From NCBI GenBank assembly GCA_951406725.2, contig OX597826.1, positions 52,886,001 through 52,950,000 of the forward strand: a stretch of DNA of 64,000 bases, written 5' to 3'. The position numbers and the translations under genes are program-made. Below, piece after piece: positions 55,647-64,000 of the stretch. The stretch comes from Octopus vulgaris (taxonomy: Eukaryota). Below the pieces are notes generated by a model. The model saw only the letters and a list, made by a program, of their open reading frames with translations, searched no databases and was not told where the DNA came from. Position 1 is the stretch's first letter. Each line of letters begins with the position of its first letter.

Positions 55647-56279
55647 ATAATGTCTAATTTTTTTAATTAATCAATAATTATTTTCTTTCTATTTTCTTAT
55701 CTTCTTTATGTATATGTGTGTGTGCGTGCGCGCGCGCATGTGTGTGTGTATGTATGTATATACTGAGGTTGGCTAAAAATCTTCATAAAACGTTACTCCG
55801 TGCTTCATGTGACTGATCATCAGACAGAATTCTGATAATGAGATGCGTGAGACCCAGTATAGCGGTACGTCTTTTTTTCAGCGTCAATAAAACGCCACAT
55901 TTCCCATTGCCTTTCATAAGTATACAATTATATGTATGCGCTTGTGATGTGTTTATCGTCTGTGTAGGTACATACACACGTATACGCACATTTTCACACA
56001 CAGATATGCATATATATTTATACATATGCATAAGTACATATATGAATGTGTGTGTATTTGTATTTATATGCATATACTTCGTGTCTATTGGTAAAGATAT
56101 AACTTCGTATAAGCCACTGTCGTTGCCCTAGCATGGCTGTGTAATTCAAGCTGCAACTAGTGAATGAAGATGAGAACTACATATCATACACGCTACACTA
56201 CATACCTATATGACATACATAAATGCATACATACACACACTTACATAAATAGATATATGAAAATACACACACATATAGG

Positions 56280-56460
56280 GAGAGTTCACGAAAAAAACAA
56301 AACAAAAGACGAAGACAGGTGGTGTAGAAAACAAATAGATGTATTAGTATAACGCTCAGGAATTGAAAAATTCTTTTACGTTTCGAGCTTACTCTCTTCT
56401 ACAGAAACGAACACAGAAGGAAACAAGGAGAGAAAAAAATGTGTAGTGGGTACTGATCTA
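56280..56460 (-). mobile_element. Penelope-type terminal repeat with degenerate hammerhead (56374-56407)
   Basis: Minus strand TTT-CTGTAGA-a-GAG agtaag CTC-GAAA-CG-TA-AAA; same family as 49580-49750. Confidence 0.5.
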
Positions 56461-57428
56461 TCGCATACATCAATACATTTATGATGCCATATATATACAT
56501 ACCCATACACATACAAATACATATATACATATACAATTCTTCGGAAATAGAAGTAAAACAGGAAATTTACGGAATCTGTTATGAAACCTTCAAATATTCT
56601 AACCAGATTTTAAATTAACGTTTACACCAATAATTTTTTTTTAGTAAGTACCTAACTAACACTATGGAAAATCTAGGGTTTTCAGGAAAAGAAATCAAGT
56701 ACCTAACATGCATATTACAAATACAATCTATAAGCAGAAGAGTACAAATATGCAAGACTGTTCTAAATTTCAAAATGTGAATATGCTTTTGTTGTCTACA
56801 TACCAAAGATTTTGTTCTATATCTGTTAGAAACTAGCATTTTCTTACAGGAATACTTCAGATAATTAAACACACACACATACTCTCACACACACACCCAC
56901 ATATGCGTACATACATGCATGCATAAACACGCTTTTGTGTGTATTTATGTGCAACTTACTTAGGATAGACAAACATTTAAGGAAACCAATGAAATGACGG
57001 AATGACTGAGCGACTTTGGTTGAAATTATACTGTTTGCTCAGTCTTCTTCATCTATTACTCAGAGAACGTTAATCAGCCTTTGAGGAAAACCAATGTTTT
57101 CCCCATTAACACAAGCACTAAATAAATATTTTTATTACAGAAAGAGGATAGCAAGCAAACGTGAGTTACACTTCGTTTTTTGTTTACTTTTATATTATGT
57201 CCTTTTATTTTACTTTTATTTATCTATTTATTTATTGCTATTTTTCTGATCTGTTAAAATGGTAAACATTAAACTAAGACTAAAGCAGTTTTCCTTCTTG
57301 GTAAAAGTATTTTCAAAAGCTCATACTCATTCTGATGTTTGTAACAAGATGCACATAAATGTTATTTCTGCCAATATCTATTCGTAACTGCATATACATA
57401 CACACACACATATATATATATATGTATG

Positions 57429-57500
<72 letters not shown>

Positions 57501-57690
57501 TGTATATATGCATGTATGTATGTATGTATATATATATGAAATACATACAGTTTATATATACATACACGCGGAGTAGATGAAACAGAGGCGACTGAAGAAG
57601 GGGGATTTTCCGTGCGTTGTATGTCCTGTACTCTATTTTTTCGTTGTTTAAGAAAAATGTCCATTTCCTTGGTTTTGTGTTTATGTTTTC

Positions 57691-57740
<50 letters not shown>

Positions 57741-57934
57741 ATGTGTGTGTGTGTGTATGTGTGTGTGCATGTGTGTGTGCCTCTGAATGACCCGTCCTTG
57801 TTTTTTCCAGTCACTTTTTGTATCGTCTAACTGTCCGGATGTTTTGTTGTCACCTGTTAGGTTCATGTTCCATTTTTGGTTTTCTTTTTTATGTATACGT
57901 ATAGTGATGTACGTACACTTTTGGTCACTTATAT

Positions 57935-58330
57935 GTAGTGGCTGTGTGGTAAGCAGCTTGCTTACCAACCACATGGTTCCGGGTTCAATCCCACTGCATG
58001 GCACTTTGGGCAAGTGTCTTCTACTATACTCTCGGGCCAACCAAAGACTTGTGAGTGGATTTGGTAGACGGAAGCTGAAAGAAGCCCGTCGTATATATGC
58101 ATATGTATATATATATATATATGTGTGTGTGTTTGTATGTCTGTGTTTGTCCCCCCAACATCACTTGACAACCGATGCTAGTGTGTTTACGTCCCCGTAA
58201 CTTAGCGGTTCGGCAAAGAGACCGATAGAATAAGTACTAGGCTTACAAAGAATAAGTCCTGGGGTCGATTTTCTCGACTAAAGGCGGTGCTCCAGCATGG
58301 CCACAGTCAAAGGACTGAAACAAGTAAAAT
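57935..58330 (+). mobile_element. SINE family B, near full length
   Basis: GTGGCTGTGTGGTAAG...GGTTCAATCCC head, internal microsatellite, tail GGCGGTGCTCCAGCATGGCC...GACTGAAACAAGTAAAA. Confidence 0.9.
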
Positions 58331-59019
58331 AGTATATATATATCTAAATTCAGCACGACTCTCTCACGCTTTCTTTCAGTCCCTTCACACTTACTTCGTT
58401 CTTTCCATTTTTCTTTTTTCTCTCCCACATTTCTTGGCGTTCCCTTCATTCTCACTTTGCCCCACTCCTTTACCTCGCTCCGTCCCTTTTCTTTCTTTCT
58501 CGTCCCTTCCTAATTCTTCTATTCCTCTGCTCCTACCTCTCTCCTCTCCTTCCACGAGACCAGTGTTCTGCCAAGCCTGACCTTTCTTTCTTGGTTCGAC
58601 TATCATCCGTGTAACATCTCTTATTATACTCCTTCCTATGACTTTCATCTCCTATCTCCTGCCGTAAGGCTTCACTTCCCCACACGCCAGCTTAATTTAA
58701 TTCGCTCTTAGTCGAAATACACCTGTTGTTAATGTTCTGTTTGTCAACCACTTCTCCTTTTTTTTTGTCCTTTCTTTCATATACATTAGCTTGCTTTCTT
58801 CCAAGGAATCTAGTGCTCTTAGCTTAGACTTTCTTGGGACCGGCCAGATTGGAGCGGTCCCGAATGTAACTGGCCGAAACTGCTGAAATAATCTGGAACT
58901 CGATTGAGGATAGAGAACTCCGAATGATCCGTTCTTGTTTTTTCCTGTCATTTTTTGTATCGTCTAACTGCCCGGATTTTTTTGTCACCTGCTACGTTCT
59001 TGTTCCATTCTTCGTTTTC

Positions 59020-59137
<118 letters not shown>

Positions 59138-59279
59138 AAAGTCGAAGTGCGATAAAATAAAATTAATTATTATCGCTGGTATATATATATATATATATAT
59201 ATATAGTTGAAACGGGGTCAAGAGTCCATACAAATCAAAAATTATGTTGGGAAAAGCACAAAAGTATAGTTTAAAGAAT

Positions 59280-59571
59280 ATGCCAAAGTGTAAATGTTGT
59301 GTATAGAATACAATGTAACAAATGCAACAAGTTCTATGTGGGTAGCACAAGACCGTTACACGTCCGTAACAAAGAACATCTGAACACGAGTGCTTCCTCC
59401 TTCAGAAAACATCTAGACAGATGCTGGAACACTGTCAAAAGTATAACAGTCAAAATAGAGGCCAATGAAAGAAATTTGGATAACTTAAGTATTAAGGAAG
59501 CGATACTCATACACATTCTAGGGCCCCAAATTAACAACAAACTGGAGGTTGGTAATCAATACATTATTTAG
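59280..59571 (+). pseudogene. Penelope-like GIY-YIG endonuclease fragment
   Basis: YRIQCNKCNKFYVGSTRPLHVRNKEH...LSIKEAILI...PQIN. Confidence 0.88.
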
Positions 59572-59681
59572 ATACATCTGGATGCGCGTAGGTTCATTTT
59601 TGATAACATGCTCATCTGTAGTATATAACAAAACAAAAGAGAAGAGAAAAAGAAGGGGGAAAAGGAAGCTGCATGTATAAT

Positions 59682-59917
59682 ACCTATTTCTTTATTACCC
59701 ACAAGGGGCTAAATACAGAGGGGACAAACACGGACAGACATAGGTATTAAGTCGATTACATCGACCCCAGTGCGTAACTGGTACTTAATTTATCGACCCC
59801 GAAAGGATGAAAGGCAAAGTCGACCTCGGCGGAATTTGAACTCACAACGTAACGGCAGACGAAATACCGCTAAGCATTTCGCCCGGCGTGCTAACGTTTC
59901 TGCCAGCTCGCCGCCTT
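59682..59917 (-). mobile_element. SINE family A with TSD
   Basis: Young-looking copy flanked by GCTGCATGTATAATACCTA / GCTGCACGTATAATACCTA. Confidence 0.92.
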
Positions 59918-60121
59918 GCTGCACGTATAATACCTAACTTAGAAGCAGCGCTACGGATGTACCAGCACATATGAGATTGAGACATGGCCGACCTCACGCA
60001 CTTCTCATGAGGAATTCCGGAAAGAGTGTCGTGAGACTATTGCTGAGACGCTTCCAAAAAATAAAAAAAGAAAAGCCGTTAGAAAACCGATTATAGCAGC
60101 CGATATAGAATCCATCTAAGA

Positions 60122-60158
60122 ATATCCGAAGAAGGAATATTATTCCGAAATATCATAT
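60122..60158 (+). ncRNA. hammerhead-like motif (C4 variant, extra A, 2-nt loop III)
   Basis: ATAT-CCGAAGA-a-GGAAT att ATTCC-GAAA-TA-TC-ATAT, downstream of and on the same strand as the GIY-YIG fragment. Confidence 0.5.
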
Positions 60159-60394
60159 CAGACTATGGATGACTAAATTACAACAGGTATATAGCCCATT
60201 GTCTCTATTATAGTGCATTGTTGAACCATTCAAAATTTTTTATTCTTTACTAACAATACACAAAGCTTCAAGCGAACTACAATACTCTCCTATTTTAAAG
60301 AATGTTTAATATTTTTGTTAGGTTCAAAAGTTCAAGTTTCTGGAATTTTATCGAAAAGAAATCTTTATATTCAGGATATTGCCGACCGTGTGCT

Positions 60395-60428
<34 letters not shown>

Positions 60429-60448
60429 TGTGCGTGCGTGTGAGTGTG

Positions 60449-60486
<38 letters not shown>

Positions 60487-61069
60487 TATTTGGAATATAC
60501 TGTCAAAATAATTTTCTCTTTTTTCCCTTTTTCTATTAGGAGAATATGGTCAGCGGTTAAGGATGGTCATTCAAAAGATTTAGAAGGAATTAATTTGCTT
60601 TGCTTTGTGTATTTGTGTGTTGTTTCGCCTGTGTGAATGCGTGTGTCTGTGTATGTTGTTTTGGTTTATGTTTTGGCGGGGGTGGATATGTTTGTTGTGG
60701 ATGTGTATCTGTTTTTGTTTATGTGAAGGAAGGATTTTTAGTGTGTTAATGTAGTGTGTGACAGATTTTTCATTGATTGATAGTAGGCGTTTAGGTATTT
60801 AGTTGTGGTTTAAATTTGTTAAAGAAATTAGTGTGTGCTTTTGGTTTTGTAGTGTGTGTGTTGTTTTGTCTGTGTGTGTATATGTTTTAGTGGTGTATGT
60901 GTGTGTATGTGTATGTATGTGTGTTTATTTCTTTTTTGGTGGTGATGTGTGTGCACATGTATGTGGGGTTTTTGGGGTTTGGGAAATATGTTCTCTAATT
61001 TGTAGTGTGTTGGTTTATGTTGTGTGTGTTTGGTTTTGTGGGAATGTTTTGTGTGTGTGCGCGCGCACG

Positions 61070-61935
61070 GCAGATCCTTATTTATTGATGAATGGTGGGT
61101 GTTTCGATATTTAGGTTTGGTCTATATTTGTTGAATTGTTTTCCTTGTTTATTCTCTGTTGTTCCCGCAGTTTGCAATGTGACTACTGGAAGCTTCTTCG
61201 TGCTTTCGTCTCGAATCTGTTGGTGGTGTAACGTCATTCTTTTGCATAATGAAGCACTCGTCTTTACTATGTAGTTTTGTTGGCATCCACCGCATGTCAT
61301 TGCGCAGATTGAGTTGTTGGAGTTACAGATTAAGTTTACTTTTGCTTTAAAGGTTTGTCCTTCCTTTAGGTATAAGCAGGTGGCACAATTTGTTCTTCCA
61401 CATGTTGTCACAGCTGGGTGAGGGATTTGTTTCTGTGTTTTCGTTCCAATAATGATTCGGTTGAGTGTTTTGGGCAGCCTTTTGTTTTTGATGATTTGTT
61501 ATGTTTCCAGAATTTTTTCATTTTTTCATCTTCAAGTAGAATGGGGAGGTTTTTGTGGATGAGGTCAAATATTTCAATGTTTCTGGGGTTGAAGGTTGAC
61601 ACATGGTAAAATATTTTTCTTTGTTTTGATTTTCGTTTGCCTTAGTTACTGAATATCAATGTTTTGCTCTGTCCATTCCATTGGTGATTAGGCCTAGTGG
61701 GAATGCTCTTTGGGTGGGAATGCTCTTTGGATGTGAATGTTTTTAAGTTTTTTTCTGTCTTTGTTCACGCTTAAATGGGTGTGACACTATTGCGCAAATT
61801 CGTTTTGCTAGGTTAAAGGGAATATTCAGTTTGGTGTGTTTTGGGTGGCATGATGTGAGTAGAAGGTCTTGTTTGGAGTCCATGGGTTTATAGAATATGT
61901 CTGCTTCTATTTTCCTATCTCTGTTGGTCATTGAA
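61070..61935 (-). pseudogene. Penelope-like (Neptune-type) RT thumb / Cys linker / GIY-YIG fragment
   Basis: DIFYKPMDSKQDLLLTSCHPKHTKLNIPFNLAKRI; TFNP; CGRTNCATC...CNSNN...CGGCQQNY...KRMTLH; a short inverted related piece at ~61975-62046. Confidence 0.88.
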
Positions 61936-62064
61936 ATATCCAGAAAAATCCATATCGGTATCCATGAAAATCAAAACGAAAATCAAAACAAAGAATTATA
62001 TTTTACCATATGTGTCAACTTTCGTCGCCAGAAACGCTGAAATATTAGTGTGTGCGTGCGCGTG

Positions 62065-62108
<44 letters not shown>

Positions 62109-62339
62109 TAGCTTCTGTATAATTCATAATTCTTTTTCACTCTCCTCCATTTGCTTTTGCCATATTGTTGATGTCAAATCGTATCTTGAAACAGATTTAA
62201 CTCTAGCACTTTTGCCAGTGCAAGTGTTCCGTATTGGCAAAACTTCAAACAACGTATAGTTTTTAAATTTTATATCTTTATGTACGCATTATATATGCGA
62301 ATGTGTATGTGTGTGTGAGTGTGTGTGTGTATGTGTGTG

Positions 62340-63360
62340 TGCTGGAACTATATATACTGAACATAGGGATAAATTAGGATCGCACAACTCTACTGAAGTG
62401 AGATAAACACAAGGGACCTGAAATTATAGGGTCGATCATCGTTCCTTGGAAGCCATGCTGAAAGCAGGAACGAACTGGCTAGTCTGTTCCGGAGGACTTT
62501 CCGTTCCGGAACTATCATGGATAATTTCCAGATGTCCATGGTTTGGCAGTGTTACCGGCGGGGAGTGGGGAGCTACTCGTTCGAGATAAACTCTACAGGA
62601 ACGGATGTGCTGTTAGATGGGTTTGTCCGAGGTGCACGCAGAGTGACGAAACCTTTCTGCACGCCTTCGTTCGGTAACTGGGCATTGCTGGCTTGTGGGG
62701 TTATGTTGAACAGCTGCTGTCGCGTGTGAGACGGATCTGGTTGTAAGCCGAGTCTATAGAGATGATCACACTGCCATCCTCCTTCAATCGGGCAGGCAAG
62801 GCAGTTTTCCTATGCCTGGTGGCTGTGGCGAAAGAGGTTGTTTGGTGAACAAGGCTGAAAGACATGAAGACAGATACATTCCTCTTTGGTAGGGCTCTCA
62901 TTGACTTCTTCAAGTTTCACTTGAAAAGGAAACTGTGAGTGGAGAGGGGAGTGTTGTCCTCGAGTAAGCTTATTGAAAGGTGAGTGAAAGTTTCAAAAAT
63001 GGCAAGAGTGGATGGTACCTCTCTAAGTGTAGACCTGTGAGTCGGAATGGGCGCTTGGGGTTTCAGGGAAATCTCGGCCGGTGGAGTTCTTCGATTATCC
63101 CTAGAGGCCTTACTGCATCAGGAGGACCACATCTCTACCATTCTCACCGCCACTTTTGTTTCTTTTTCTTATCTTGTTACCTTAAAAATATGCTATGAAC
63201 ATGTCCCTTCTTTTTCAGTTTATATCATGTATATTTAATTTCTTTCTTTCCTTTCCTAGCTTTTTTTAAAAATCATTTTATTATATGTAACCCCACGCTT
63301 ATATATCTGTCTTTGCATTGTCCCCTCACCCTTCACCCTCGTAGCAAATAAATGAAATCA
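62340..63360 (+). pseudogene. Tx1/L1-type LINE 3' end (ORF2 C-terminal zinc motif + 3' UTR)
   Basis: VRDKL...VCPRCTQSDETFLHAF near 62580-62670; GC-richer; ends AATAAATGAA followed by (TCA)n. Confidence 0.75.
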
Positions 63361-63388
63361 TCATCATCATCATCATTATTTATTATTA

Positions 63389-63459
<71 letters not shown>

Positions 63460-63518
63460 TATTATCATTATTATTATTATTAAATCCGAGGCGTGGTTAT
63501 TGCTAGTTGAAATTATTA

Positions 63519-63567
<49 letters not shown>

Positions 63568-63600
63568 CATCATCATCATCATCATCAATATTATTATTAT
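63358..63600. repeat. (TCA)n/(TTA)n microsatellite
   Basis: Trinucleotide runs. Confidence 0.95.
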
Positions 63601-63609
63601 CCTGAGCTG

Positions 63610-64000
63610 ATGAATTGGAGATGACTTCATACTCGCACAACATTCTGCAGAACGATGTTTTTTTTATATGGCTGCATTAACATTACCATGGATCCGGATC
63701 AAAAGCCCAACACCTGCTGCAGAAATCATTCCCCACGCCATTAAAACCCCACCTCCAAACTTCACAGATTTCTTCACGCATTTAGGGAGCAACCTTTAAC
63801 GTTTTTGACCTCTCGCGAATTGTCTAGTGTCGGAACCAATCAAATTCAACTTGCCTTTGTCACTGAATAACACCAGCGACCAGTTGTAGTCCATCCAAAG
63901 TACTAACTTCACCAGCAAAGACTAACCCGCTGGCAAAGACTAACCTCGCTTTTCAGCTCTTCATACTGATGAGAGGTTTAATGGTGGGGCAATGGGCATC
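63610..64000 (-). pseudogene. Tc1 transposase fragment
   Basis: Minus strand NWSLVLFSDKGKLNLIGSD...LLPKCVKKSVKFGGGVLMAWGMISAAGVG...GNVNAA. Confidence 0.9.

Noticed and set aside
58830-58890. GGCCAG...CTGGCC-GAAA stem resembling hammerhead stem II
   Set aside because: Upstream core (CTTGGGA) and cleavage triplet are too degenerate to call

Overview
AT-rich, repeat-saturated animal genomic DNA, intronic or intergenic in character. The tRNA-derived SINE families and the dense (TA)n/(CA)n/(GATA)n microsatellites look like Octopus (cephalopod) DNA; this is inferred from recognising the repeats, not from a search. No intact host gene is visible, and nearly all long ORFs in the track are microsatellite read-throughs. 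Recognisable content: three SINE families; decayed mariner, Tc1, hAT and Helitron pieces; RTE, R4/Dong-type and Tx1/L1-type LINE fragments; several Penelope-like (GIY-YIG) remnants; MITEs; and a young 1.9-kb foldback DNA transposon with ~620-bp TIRs and an 8-bp TSD. The most interesting signal is about ten minimal type-I hammerhead-ribozyme-like motifs in Penelope-type terminal repeats. Three sit in near-perfect inverted duplications. Their catalytic cores co-vary at the 3-8 pair (C3-G8, U3-A8, G3-C8), and a recurring sub-type has an extra base after A9 and only a 2-nt loop III. Folds were read by eye, coordinates are hand-counted, and the edges of decayed elements are approximate.
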